The notes beneath the pieces are model-generated. The model was not told the origin of the DNA. It did no database searches and saw nothing but the letters and a program-made list of their open reading frames with translations. DNA of 64,000 nt from Lophium mytilinum (Eukaryota): assembly GCA_010093605.1 (NCBI GenBank), contig MU004190.1:1819599-1883598 (forward strand). Direction: 5' to 3'. The stretch's first letter is position 1. Each line of letters opens with the position of its first letter. The position numbers and the translations under genes are program-made. Below are positions 10,057 through 21,448 of the stretch, in pieces.

Positions 10057-12123
10057 TTAGTACCCAAACGTGGCCCTGTCGTACGCGGATCGCTGTGCTG
10101 TATCTGACAACACGTCGTACGCGTGGTTGATTATTGCCATACGCGCTGTGGCCGACTTGACCTCCTCCGGGGGCACTCTATCCGGATGATGGGCCATAGA
10201 GAGCTTACGGTATGCGGCCTTGATCTGGTCTTTCGTTGCCCTCCTTGTGACTCCCAGCAAGTCGTAATTAGTCGGCTGCGTGGGCTCGCACGCACGCGGA
10301 GGCCCCTGTTGACGTCCACCCCTGGGAGCCTGCTGAGCACGCGGAGGTGGCCCGTGTTGACTCTCCCAACGGCGACGCTCCTCTTCTGCCCACTGCTGGT
10401 ACCGCTTTGCCTGCTCCTCCGCCCTCGCGGTCTCTTTCGCCTTCGCCTCTTGTGCCTCCTTACGGCGCTTATGGTCCTCTTCGTGACGGTAGCGCTCCTG
10501 CATCGCGGCCCACTTGCGGTTCCTCTCTGTCTGGGCCTTTTCCTGTTTGATTCGGGCCTCTTCGTCAGCGCGCTCACGCTTCCTGATGTCTTCGCTCAAC
10601 ACTTTGTCCCAAGTGCTGCTGATCCTGTCCGCTGCTTGCCGCATCTTCTCTTGCTTTTGGGCGTTCTCTTGCCTCCTCTTGAGGGCCTCCTCCTCTTCCT
10701 TCGTGTGCTTCTCGGCTCGCGCCTCCTGCTCCTTCCGCTCCTTCCGCAGGGTCTCCTGCACCTCTTTCTCCATCTTCCGCCACTCTTGGTCTCGTTTCTC
10801 CGTCTCTTTCGTCGCCTGCGCCCCCTTTTCCTTGTCCATTTTGCGGTCACTCTTCTCCGGCGCACCATCCAAAGTCTCAATCAGCACATCGTCGGATGAC
10901 AGAATCGGGAAGGAATCCATGGGCTTCTTCCTCGTCGAGGTACGTCCAAACTTTGCGAGCTCCTCCAAGTTATCGAACTGGCGGCGTAGCTCAGGATCGA
11001 TCTCCAATCCTTCGTGCAGGTTTTGTGAGGTCTCGTTCTCGGATTTCTCGTCGTGGAAAGCAGCACGCGGTGGGAACTTGGATTTGCGTGCGTTGTTGTT
11101 CGTGGTCTTGCGCAGAAACGGCAGCGGCGATGGCCAGCTTTTCGAAGGAGCGTCCGGCGGAGTGCGCTTCGGTGCAGCATCGTCTGGAACCTCGTCGTCT
11201 ACGCGCTGGTTGTGGAAATCTGCTGGAATGAACCGGGCTACGCCGCAGTCGTTAGCACTGTACCTATAGCGCGGTCTCTTGGGCGCCCAGCTCTGGAAAG
11301 CCGTATGCGCACCACCACGTCTCTTCTTACCGCGAGCTTTCTTCCGCTTGTCTTTGCCCTCCGCTTCGTCCCACATGCTGCGCGCTTTTTCCCGCATCTT
11401 TAGAGCTTCCTGCTCTTCCTTGGCTAGCTGGACGACATGCAGAGCACCTTTCTGAGCCCGGTCGAGGGCTAGGAGTCGTTGCCGCTCCTCGCGCTCTTCC
11501 GAGTCGCTGCGGATGAGGATAGACACGCGCTGATGGCGGCGGTCTCGATCGAAGGGCGGGCTAACGTACGGTCGGGTGGAATTCGCGGCTTGGGAGGAGA
11601 AAGGTTTCGCGTCGGGAGAGCGTTTTTCGAGCTCTTCAGAGTCACTACAGATGACGATGGGCTCGCGCTGTTGGCGGTGGCTGCGATCGTTGGGTTCGTT
11701 AGCCATGGTTTGAACTGGATGAACGACGCTTGATGACGAGGCGGGGAAGTGCTGTTCGCGCTGCTTGGAGTCGCTGCGAATGAGGATGGACGCGTGCTGC
11801 TTGGGCTCGCTGTCATCTCTGGGCTGGTGTGCGCTGCGTCGCAGGGGATTCATGGGTGCGGAGAACGGCGACGACACAGCAGTGACGTAAGAAACGAACG
11901 GATTTGCTCGCGGGGATGAGGCAGGGCATTCCAATGCAAGGACAGCATTGATGCGAGACGGGACGCCAAATTGGGTCTTACTAGCAGCATTTCGGACCGG
12001 GCGCGAGGTGTCATCGGCATCGCCCATGGTGATGTCGCCTTCGGAGTCTCTCTCAGAGTCTGCTTCGTCGGCTGAGTCGAACTCCTCGAAGAAGGGAGCT
12101 GTGTAGTTGTCTCGGCGATTCAT
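10057..12123 (-). CDS. DnaJ/Hsp40 class C protein with C-terminal J-domain, coiled-coil and disordered N-terminus
   Basis: 688-aa intronless ORF ending NYDLLGVTRRATKDQIKAAYRKLSMAHHPDR...MAIINHAYDVLSDTAQRSAYD, a J-domain with the HPD motif. A charged E/K/R-rich helix precedes it. Confidence 0.9.
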   Translation of the reverse strand: MNRRDNYTAPFFEEFDSADEADSERDSEGDITMGDADDTSRPVRNAASKTQFGVPSRINAVLALECPASSPRANPFVSYVTAVSSPFSAPMNPLRRSAHQPRDDSEPKQHASILIRSDSKQREQHFPASSSSVVHPVQTMANEPNDRSHRQQREPIVICSDSEELEKRSPDAKPFSSQAANSTRPYVSPPFDRDRRHQRVSILIRSDSEEREERQRLLALDRAQKGALHVVQLAKEEQEALKMREKARSMWDEAEGKDKRKKARGKKRRGGAHTAFQSWAPKRPRYRYSANDCGVARFIPADFHNQRVDDEVPDDAAPKRTPPDAPSKSWPSPLPFLRKTTNNNARKSKFPPRAAFHDEKSENETSQNLHEGLEIDPELRRQFDNLEELAKFGRTSTRKKPMDSFPILSSDDVLIETLDGAPEKSDRKMDKEKGAQATKETEKRDQEWRKMEKEVQETLRKERKEQEARAEKHTKEEEEALKRRQENAQKQEKMRQAADRISSTWDKVLSEDIRKRERADEEARIKQEKAQTERNRKWAAMQERYRHEEDHKRRKEAQEAKAKETARAEEQAKRYQQWAEEERRRWESQHGPPPRAQQAPRGGRQQGPPRACEPTQPTNYDLLGVTRRATKDQIKAAYRKLSMAHHPDRVPPEEVKSATARMAIINHAYDVLSDTAQRSAYDRATFGY

Positions 12124-13986
12124 GACCTGACTAGTGGACGGAGGAGCAGTCCTTGTCGGTGAAGGGATGGGTGAGAAGACAGGTGAAGTGGAATTGATGT
12201 TTCATCAAAGAAATGGTCGGCTAAGGTTCGGAGCGAGGATGGAGGAGATATTGGGCGCGTGTGGGCGTGCTTGCACGTGACGGCCTTGCCTGTCCACGTG
12301 GTAGCTGACTGGGGTTTGGCACTGTCTGAAGTGGCCTCACTAGTTCGCTGCTGCATCAAAACGGTCGGATTTCCTCTCGTTCGGATTTGGGAGAATGGGC
12401 CGGGCCAGCTCTGACGGTGCCGAGAAGGTGTACACAAATCAAAAAGAACAATTCCGAACCTACCTACCCACGTGGTAATTCCGTGTGTCTAGGGATATAT
12501 CATCCCAGGATGCCGATGTCTGGGGTGGCCTCGCCAGCTTTCTGGATGATCAAGAGGATTAGCTTCGAGTTTCTGGGAGCATGATGAGGCCACTCCGACG
12601 GCGTCAAGAGGGAGCACGCAGTTCTCTGAGATGGAATGGAGGATCTTACCTGCTCAATTGATGGTGTAAGAGGGGATTGATGCGGAACATCTGAATGGTA
12701 ACGTCTAAGATGCCCGACGAGTTATCGTATGTTTTCATTATAGGAAAGAAACCCAAGGCACCTCCAACAGCGGCAAGAGGGGCTCGGCAGATACCTAAAA
12801 GGAAGTGTTGACCGACACTCCATTCCATAAAACCCTTACTAAGTTCTCTAGAAATCCTACCGTCGAAGTTGTTGACAGATTTGCACCCATGCATCTCTTC
12901 GATGTTAGTATCTCGAGATGGCAGCGTATGAGGCGGCGCAGTAAGTTTGTCAGTTGTTCAGAACGAGAATACTCATTTGGTGTAGAATTTACATAACCTG
13001 GAGAGATGCTCCGGACCATAGAAGAATACTCTACATAGGTAGCTAGAGATGTTGGCTCTGCTGCCGCGAGGTGACGAGATTTTTCGGTCTTTCCTATTCC
13101 CACTGTAGGAAATTTTGACTAATTCGCATTGACTGCGCCATTCGGGGCAGGATTGCTTGCAGGCAATCTGCAAGTGGATAGTTGCTTGCCTACTTCTACT
13201 TCACCTATATAGTACAGTGAGTATATGCCCACCCGTGCACCATCACTCATAAGCATCTTCAGAGCCTTGGAACCTTGATACTACCATGTTCTTACCAACA
13301 CATATAACCATCGCTGTAGAACCAAAAATTTTTTGTTCTTTCCAAATCACGTAGATTTTCTATGATACAATTTTAGCAGTCAGTTCCCTATCGAGCCGAG
13401 GAAATCTAGTCGAATTCATCCATCTACTCCTCATTAAGTTTTTGTCTCTTTTGCAATTCATGAAATGGTAACCTAGGGGGGCTGATTGACTCTGTATGAG
13501 ATGTCCCAAAGTACAATGCGTGGTCATAGATATCCGCAAACTTTCCTGCCAATAGTTGCGCAGCCTCACAGCAGTTTCGGGAAGCTGGAGTGGCGGATCG
13601 GACTTGTATGTTGTGCATGCTCCTTTGCCGCTGTTTGGGGCAGCCTCTCAAGGAATCAATCGGTCAAAGGGCGGAACTCCAGTCTGAACCGGACTTACGA
13701 AATTACTGTGAGGCACGAGCGGTAGCAGATAAATATTTTGATATCTAGACGGGAAGCACTTACCACATTAGAGGACTGCTGACGATGCGAGGAAAAGGCA
13801 GAGACATGCCGCGATGTATATGCATTCACTACACAAAACACTCCGGCAAGTAGCGGCGGAAGGGTCTTCTTATCCCGCACACCGAATACACTAGGACGTC
13901 CTCAACAGAGGTAAGCAACCTCCGCCTAGCATCTACCTTCAACATTGCCGAAAGCCTCACAAATATGGCAGGCACAACTACTCGAG

Positions 13987-15366
13987 ATGGTGGAGAGTGG
14001 CCAAATCCCGACAGGTGAGTCTACTGACGTCCTTTTCCTGAGTCGGACTTTGTTATACTAGCTAGAACACGAGCTCATCTCAACCAGCTATCTTTACTGC
14101 CTCCCAGAAGAGCTCCTAGACAGAATCTGCGCGTATGTCGGCACGCCAAATACCTATAACACGCAGCCAATTCAACGAAGCATATCCATGGTTTCCAGGA
14201 AATTCCGTCGAATCTCCAAGCCTCATATTTACCACAATGTGCACAAGGTTGGTGGCATATCAGGAGACAAACTGATCAGGAAGCTGTGCGACAACCCGGA
14301 TCTTGCCAAAACTGTCAAAGTGTTCAGCTTAGATTCACCCGTTAGCCGCAAAGTGAGCTCCTATCAACGTCAAGTCATGCGAAGACGGAGTGACTTCCAA
14401 AGCGATCCCCCGGGAGCGTCTTTTGTCTCTGACAACGCAGCACTTGCATTCTTATTGCACACTGTCCCAGCACTGGAAGTTCTGGACCTCCGCGAGTTCA
14501 CCATGGATAGTTCTCGAGCTATCCGGCACTGCCGTCGTCAAGATTCTGAAAACTGGTTGAGCGCACTGAGGAACCACAACCTGCTTAATCTAAGAGAGAT
14601 TCGTATTGGGCTTCGTGGTCTCCGCCTCTCTGAGCTTGCGCTATTGTTCCAGATCCCTACAGTACGCATCTTGGATCTTTTCAACCACGACGAGTTGAAG
14701 GCTAGCAGGATTCTTCATCGTCTCAAAGATAGCAGGCTCAACGATGGCCTGTTTCCAGCGGGAACCTCCTCCGTAGAGTCTATATCTGTTCAAGATTTGG
14801 GAGACTGGGACTCGGACGAGATCATTCGGGGCTGCAAGAGCCTAAACTATTTCGGCATTCACTATCGTGATCACCGATCTCAACCGTTCAACTTCCTAGA
14901 GGCGTACCTAGACTCCCAGAAAGCCGTATTGGAGAAGCTGGATATCAGCGCCTCGGACGACTGGCATCTGACACGGATTCAACAGTGCATGAGGGGTATC
15001 CTCCCAATGTCTGGCCTCAACACCTTCACTAGCCTCCTCGATCTACGCGTGGACTATACTGCGTTGGCTGGCCTTGTGCTCCCAGGCGAAGATTCCATTA
15101 TCACACCCCCACTCTGGCAAAATCTACCACCCAACATCCGATGGCTACGCATCGATCTCACCGTTCTTGAGCCCACCAATAGCCTTGCGTCCCTTCATTT
15201 GGATCTCATGGAGCTGGCTGAAGCTTGTGCGGTGGCTTTGCCCTATCTCAAGACCGTCGTCGTCGCTACCGACCTCTTCGATCCTAGTGATGCCTTGGAA
15301 GAAGCCAAGATCCCGTTTGCGAAGGCTTCGGTGTGGTTCCAGCAGATCTGCGAGCATCACAGATAA
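13987..15366 (+). CDS. F-box domain protein with LRR-like C-terminus (paralog 1)
   Basis: Short exon MVESGQIPT, then a GTGAGT..TAG intron, then YLYCLPEELLDRICAYV..SISMVSRKFRRISKPHIY (F-box), continuing in ORF 14188..15366 with LxxLxL repeats. Confidence 0.82.
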
Positions 15367-16008
15367 GGAGTCACCATTAGTAATGTATTGACCTAGACAG
15401 CTTCTATCATCGAGTCCCAGTACTTTCTCGGAGGCCTGGTCGATGGAACAGGATTTGATGTTTTCCGGCGGCAGGGTTTGATTGGGTTTATGCCTCCGAA
15501 GTTTGAGGTTTGAGGTCTGAGTAACACTGGCGGTACAACTGGTTTTTCAAGTAGAGGACTAAAGTTGAAGGTGAACTTGAGCATTACTGCTATTGAATGG
15601 GGCCAAAAGCTCCTATATGCGTATGTACTTGCCTATCATCATGTGCCAAATACCAACTCTTGCTTTGACTTCGGTACATGCGTCTACCGTTGTTCAGGGT
15701 GGCCCAATGCATTTTCAGGGTCTTTATTCTTTTCCTCTTGGACTAGATTGAAACTTGTTGAAGCCCTTCAAGCAGGGGCAGCCAATTGAAGCTAAAGTAA
15801 GATGACGGTCACGGCTGAGCTAGTTCCATGTTCGTGCGGAGTTTCGGGTTTGCTGTCCACTGACGGGCGACCAATCAGAAGGCGGTGAAGGAAACGACAT
15901 GCCCAACTTTCTGCAACCTCCTACCTCTATTTTGCAGGCAACGCTCAACAACATCAAGGGTAGACGATCTATCAACCACAGCACCCACTGTCCCTAGTAG
16001 GGCTCAAG

Positions 16009-17322
16009 ATGCCGACACCTCAACCACCAGCAATGGGCGCGCCTATTCCACCAGACGAAGGGAGTTCGCTAGGCAGGAAGGGTGTCACCCCTCGTAGGTA
16101 AATAGGACCCTGAGAGTCTTGCGCCTAGGGCAGAGATTAATTTGACAGAAGTAGCTCCCTGGATTCTCTGCCGGAAGAGCTTCTTGCCAACATTTGCTCC
16201 TTCCTTCCTCCCCCCGATACTGCGAATCCCAGCCCAGTTGCAGGCGTTTGTCGAGTCTCACGAAAGTTCCACCGGATTTCACTGCCATATTTGTACCGTC
16301 ACGTCCATAAACAAAGCGGATGCAGAGGAGCCAGCCTTATCAGGACACTGCGGGAGAATCCAGATCTTGCCAAAATAGTCACCGTGATCAGCACTGATCC
16401 GGCGGACAGTCATCATCATTGGAAAGAAGATGAAGAGGTCCGAGTCGACCACGCACAGATGCCTGATCTGCTCCAACTCCTGCCGTCGTTGGAAAAACTA
16501 GATCTTCAAGGCTTCTGTGAGGGGTTCTCACGAGAGTACGGACTCATTAGCCGAGGGAGTGAGTGGCTGCACATCGAGCAGGGCTTCCTGCCCAAATTGC
16601 GGGAGGTTTCGCTCGATTTCAGGAGTCTTGTCAACCACTACGACCTTGCGTTCTCCCTCCAGCTTCCGACGATTAAGGTTGTGAACTTGGTCAATGAGTC
16701 TATCAGTCTCAGCATGCTCAGCCGTTCTCCCCCAGCAAACTACAACGTCGAGACTCTCAAGCTGACAGACTTCGGCGGATGGACTTTAGTCCGCGAAGAC
16801 GAGCTTGTTCAGTCTTTCAAGTCTCTGAAGAATTTCTCTATCCAATACGAGCGGGTGTTCAAGCGCTTTCAGTTCAAAACGCTCCTAGAGGAGCAGCAAG
16901 AATCATTGGAGCAACTAGAGGTCATCATCTCCAAAACTTGGTATCACGATGATCTGGCATTCTATAAGTGCCGGGGAGGAGTCTCTGGAATGGCTGGACT
17001 CGACAGATTCACGAACCTCTCCAGCCTACGGGCCGACTACTTGTCGCTTGCAGGTCTCGGACCGGACGCATTACCGATCTCGCAGCTTCCGATGCCACCA
17101 AACCTCCGGCGTCTTCGTATCGACGTGCGCGGAGCTGGCATCATCACACTTCAGGCTGAGCTGAGGGATCTAGCCGTACTTCGTTGCCGACTCGGCGAGT
17201 TGCCTTCGCTCACATCCGTCATCGTTGCAACCGATAACCAGGGATCTAGCAAAATGGTGAAAGAGCTCGAGGAGTTATTCGGCGAGTCCTCGGTGAAGTT
17301 TGAGCAGATCAATCAAGCATGA
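16009..17322 (+). CDS. F-box domain protein with LRR-like C-terminus (paralog 2)
   Basis: Exon 1 MPTPQPPAMGAP..., then a GTAAAT..CAG intron, then SLDSLPEELLANICSFL..VCRVSRKFHRISLPYLY in frame with ORF 16291..17322. Clearly similar to paralog 1 (LIRTLRENPDLAK vs LIRKLCDNPDLAK). Confidence 0.83.
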
Positions 17323-17966
17323 GTGTGTTCATACTTCTTAGAGTATAGCGACGACACTTTGGGCTGCTTGAGCTACCTCATTCTGTTTTACATCCGTCTA
17401 CAATGGCATTTGGGTTTGGGAAAGCTAACACATCTTTTGGTTTGCTTTACATCAGCTGGGGGACCCACATTGGTACTGCGGCAAGCACCCTTTGACAGAT
17501 TTTCTTTGCGAGGAATTTCTTCGAAGTTATATTGGAGGCCTTTGGTAATCCAGTCTCTGAGAAACCGTAGATAATGGTTGTTCCCTCTCGTGAATCTATT
17601 TGTGACTCCCTCAACTTAATGTCTGCATGGACTTTAACGTAGAGCTTATTACTCTGCTGGCAATCCTACGCGCTCATGCTCGTTATACCCTAAATCCTGC
17701 TGCCTGAAAGTGCTGGGGCCTCTTCTCAATTCACCTCGCGGTGTTATGAGGGCGCCGGCAGAATGAATCGTAGTGTGATATATAGCTTCCACCAAGCAGG
17801 CAGAATCGCTCTAAGCTGACGTAATCCTTTCTCTGGCTCTCATATTTATAGCCCCTCGCCCTCGACTTAGTTTGCTCACCGCAAGTCAACAACGCCATCA
17901 CCCTCCATCAACACCGCCACCCTTCTAAAGCTCCAAAACACCGGTACTTGCCTACATCCTCACAAC

Positions 17967-19361
17967 ATGGCATCACTAGATGCAGACAACGATAGGCAGC
18001 AGAGTAGGCTTGAGTCCCTGCCGAACGAGCTCCTATTCGAAATATTCGGATACGTCGCACCACCAGAACCAATTGGGGTGGTCCAGGATATCTTTCAATG
18101 GCGTTACGACGAGCCTCCTCTTCCCGATCCTCTTCCCCATTCTCTTCGGCACCTGTGCCTAGTCTCCAAGAGGATCAACGAAGTCGCATCGCCAATGATG
18201 TACGAGAAGGTTTTATACCAGCCTGAGTTGGTCAGATCAGCAGTACTACACGGCAACTGGTCGAGTAGCATCAAAACATTGACCACACATTACCAGCCAT
18301 GGAGATACGAAATCGTGGAGGATCTAGCAAAAGCGCGGGAAGAGCTCCTCGGGCAGATGGTCGGCTACCATACATCAAATACCCCTATTGTTTCCGTTTC
18401 GAGGGACAGATCCAGCAAGCTGGTGATCCAGAACCGCAAGTACTCATTCCAAGATTGGGAAGATAGTGATGAACTAGCGCTGCTTCTCTCCCGTCTTCCC
18501 CGCGTGCAGACTTTAGATCTGCATAATCCCCAAGGGGATTTTCGACGTCCATGGAAAACACCGCGTACATGGAAACCACCGCTTGCATGGAAAACACCGC
18601 TCTGGCTTCAATTGATCGAAAGCTCTGTGCACTTGGATCGCTCCACGCAACGAATCGGGAATAGATTTGAGCATCTCAGAGAGGTCTGCATCTCGTTGGA
18701 GTTCGACCCTGTACTCATGGTCTCACCACTTTTTCAATTGCCGAACATGAAATCCTTCAGGGCCGATATGTGTAGGGAGGCTGGTTGGCGGTCGCAATGG
18801 AAGTGCAAGAAACGTACTTCCACTACAGAAAATATCTCTTTGCTATGTTATTGCGCCCCGATGCATGCAGCGGTGCTCATGGTCGACTCTTGCAAAGAAC
18901 TCCACACATTCCAGTATCTTTCTGCCGGACTCAGCCATCCGAATCAAACCTTCAATTCGCTTGGGAAGGCTCTCCATCAGCACGAACGGACTCTAGAAAC
19001 CATGGAAATCATTCCTTCAACACCATCGGCTCGCCTCTTCTCATCATTTGGATCGCTTGTGGACTTCCAGAAACTCTCTCAAGTCCGGCTCAACATCTCT
19101 TTCTTCTACGACAGACCAAAGATTGAGACGACACTTCCACGATGCATCCAGTCCTTGATATTGGACACTTTAGAAGAAGCACCCTGGCGACAGGATGAGT
19201 TCCGCATGAAGCTCTGGGGATTGAGTGAGGTCTGCTCTCATCGTTTCCCAGAACTACGAAACATCACCTTCAGATCATACGAAGACTTAGGGGCAATGGA
19301 AAATCTCCGGAAGGCGTTTGAATGTTGCGGCGTTACTCTATTGTACGAGCAATACCCTTGA
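17967..19361 (+). CDS. F-box domain protein with LRR-like C-terminus (paralog 3)
   Basis: SRLESLPNELLFEIFGYV...SLRHLCLVSKRINEVASPMMYE. 464-aa intronless ORF. Confidence 0.85.
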   Translation: MASLDADNDRQQSRLESLPNELLFEIFGYVAPPEPIGVVQDIFQWRYDEPPLPDPLPHSLRHLCLVSKRINEVASPMMYEKVLYQPELVRSAVLHGNWSSSIKTLTTHYQPWRYEIVEDLAKAREELLGQMVGYHTSNTPIVSVSRDRSSKLVIQNRKYSFQDWEDSDELALLLSRLPRVQTLDLHNPQGDFRRPWKTPRTWKPPLAWKTPLWLQLIESSVHLDRSTQRIGNRFEHLREVCISLEFDPVLMVSPLFQLPNMKSFRADMCREAGWRSQWKCKKRTSTTENISLLCYCAPMHAAVLMVDSCKELHTFQYLSAGLSHPNQTFNSLGKALHQHERTLETMEIIPSTPSARLFSSFGSLVDFQKLSQVRLNISFFYDRPKIETTLPRCIQSLILDTLEEAPWRQDEFRMKLWGLSEVCSHRFPELRNITFRSYEDLGAMENLRKAFECCGVTLLYEQYP

Positions 19362-20078
19362 GCAAGAATATCAAAGCAGAGATCTGTGATGGACGTACCA
19401 ATGGTCTCTCTAGTTCGGCGTGGTTCCGAAAGCGGGGTCCGGGTCACATTAGCACTCTTTCGGATACACTTCTTGGGGCTAAGCTGTCGTTATAGAATGT
19501 AGCATACTACTCAGAATGGATACCGGATTACCAACTTCATATGTGCATCGCGGTGACACGGATAGAAGCCTTGACTCACCGCCGTTTGATCTGTTTCATG
19601 AGTTCATAGATCACTTAAGGCATTCTTCATGATATATTCTAAAATACTGGTTTTGCTCACTACCACCTAGGCCCTTCAGAATATTGGGTAGATGTACTAG
19701 AGACGCAAACATGTTTTTTCGCTTCAAAAAACGCATCGGGCATTACTAATATTTGATATATCATGCAGATTGCTGCTTGTATTGATAATGATAATGATCT
19801 AGCACGGACTACGGCAGCCGATCAGTTGCGAGGCAAATAGCAAATAAGCATATGATACGTGTTGTTTGAGATGTCCACATAATTCGGAACGCCCTTGGCG
19901 CGCGGGGCCTCAGTTGCATGGCACGTGTGAATTCGTCACACTTGGGGATCAAACGAACTATCAGGCTGGCTATAAGTCACATTAATTCCTTCTGTGAGCA
20001 TGGCAAAAAGAGGTGCCCCGCGACTCGACGCACGAGAAACATCCTATCAGGCCTATCCTCAAAATTGGAGGATCAAGG

Positions 20079-21224
20079 ATGAAGATCCTAGTAACAGGAG
20101 CTAGTGCATCTCTGCTCTTTGATCACGTTCGCACCACTAATACTGCACAGGGAGCGGGCTTTCTCGGCACTCGTCTTGTCGAATTCCTTTTGAACCTTCA
20201 TCACGAAGTCATTGTGCTCGACTCGTTTTGGACCGGACCTGAGAGTAGCCTCGAGCTTTTCAAAACGCGCACAGGTTTCTCTTGCTTCAGGCAAAGATAA
20301 AAGCCTCTACGATCTATAACTCTACCTTGTCTAGAACTGAAGATTGCAAACCTCACAAGCACGATGTGATCGATCCCTTCCCCGACATCCAGGTCGACCA
20401 AATATACCACCTCGCATGCTCTGCGAGTCCGAAGAGATTTACCGAAGACCCTTTGAAGATACTACGTACCTGCTTCGAAGGAACAAGAAACGCATTGGAT
20501 CTGGCTCAGAGACTCCGTGCTCGTATCTTGATTGCCAGTACTTCAGGCAAGCCAAATATGACGTTCCCCAGGCCACGTAACCGTTCGCCCTAACCGAGAT
20601 TGCAGAAGTATACGGCGGTCCCAAAAAACCCCCCAGCGAGAAACGTACTGGGGAAACGTGAGTCCCTATGGTCCTCGAGCTTGCTACGATGAAGGAAAGC
20701 GCGCCGCAGAAGCACTGGCGTATGCGTACCAGAAGCAGCACAGCACAGAAGTTCGTATCGCCCGCATCTTCAATACCTACGGCCCGGGAATGCGGCCAGA
20801 CGATGGCCGTGTCATTCCTAACTTTATTGTCGCTGCTTTTGGGGAGAGCCATATGAGGGTGACTGGAGATTCGATGAAGCTCACGCGGTCGTTCCAGTAC
20901 GTCACTGATTGCGTGACATCTCTGGTCAGGCTTATGGGTAGCAACGTCAGGACTCCTGTCAATATCGGGAATGATGAAGAGACCCGCATTTGGGACTTGG
21001 CACATATAGTTGCTGGTAAAGTTGCCAGGACTGGGAGACCAATGGTCGCAATTGAGGAGGCCGAAGCACCTCCAGATGATCCTGTGCAGATAAGGCCGGA
21101 TTTAACTTTTGCTAGGACGAAGTTGGGGGTTGAGAATACCGTGTCGTTGGATGAAGGTCTTGAACTTACTGTGGAGTGGTTTCGAAGTCATTTGACTGAT
21201 CCAGAGGGACAGTTAGCATGCTGA
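20079..21224 (+). pseudogene. UXS1: UDP-glucuronic acid decarboxylase (UDP-xylose synthase), apparently frameshifted (pseudogene or sequencing error)
   Basis: Motifs MKILVTG-GAGFLG, HDVIDP, IYHLACSASP, ASTSEVYG, YWGNVSPYGPRACYDEGKR and RIFNTYGP..DDGRVIPNF. A 1-nt frame loss occurs in the A6C6 run at 20623-20634, and the splice donors are GC-type. Confidence 0.75.
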
Positions 21225-21448
21225 GACATTGACATCAAGAAAATCATCTGCTATTGGAGGATGTTCTGCGCAAGATCAGTCGACGGATTACACAATCACG
21301 AACCATTTCACGCACAAATAGAAACAGATTACCGCTAACAAGACTTGAAAGTGTCTAAAATCGCTCCATTGACGCTCATCTACAAACTCTATCTAATCAT
21401 GGTATCGTACTGAGAATATATACACCCTTCCCCCAGAGTCTATCTAAT

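Noticed and set aside
10123..11269. Long plus-strand ORFs (258 aa, 251 aa) over the J-domain gene, and similar antisense ORFs over the GMC (25987..27321) and RTA1 (28152..29006) genes
   Set aside because: Antisense shadows of GC-rich, codon-biased real genes.
12450..13700. Scattered minus-strand ORF fragments that might be a decayed gene
   Set aside because: No recognisable family motif and many stops. It cannot be supported without a homology search.
20620..20636. Programmed -1 ribosomal frameshift in UXS1
   Set aside because: The A6C6 run is not phased as a canonical X XXY YYZ slippery heptamer, and other lesions point to decay or sequencing error.
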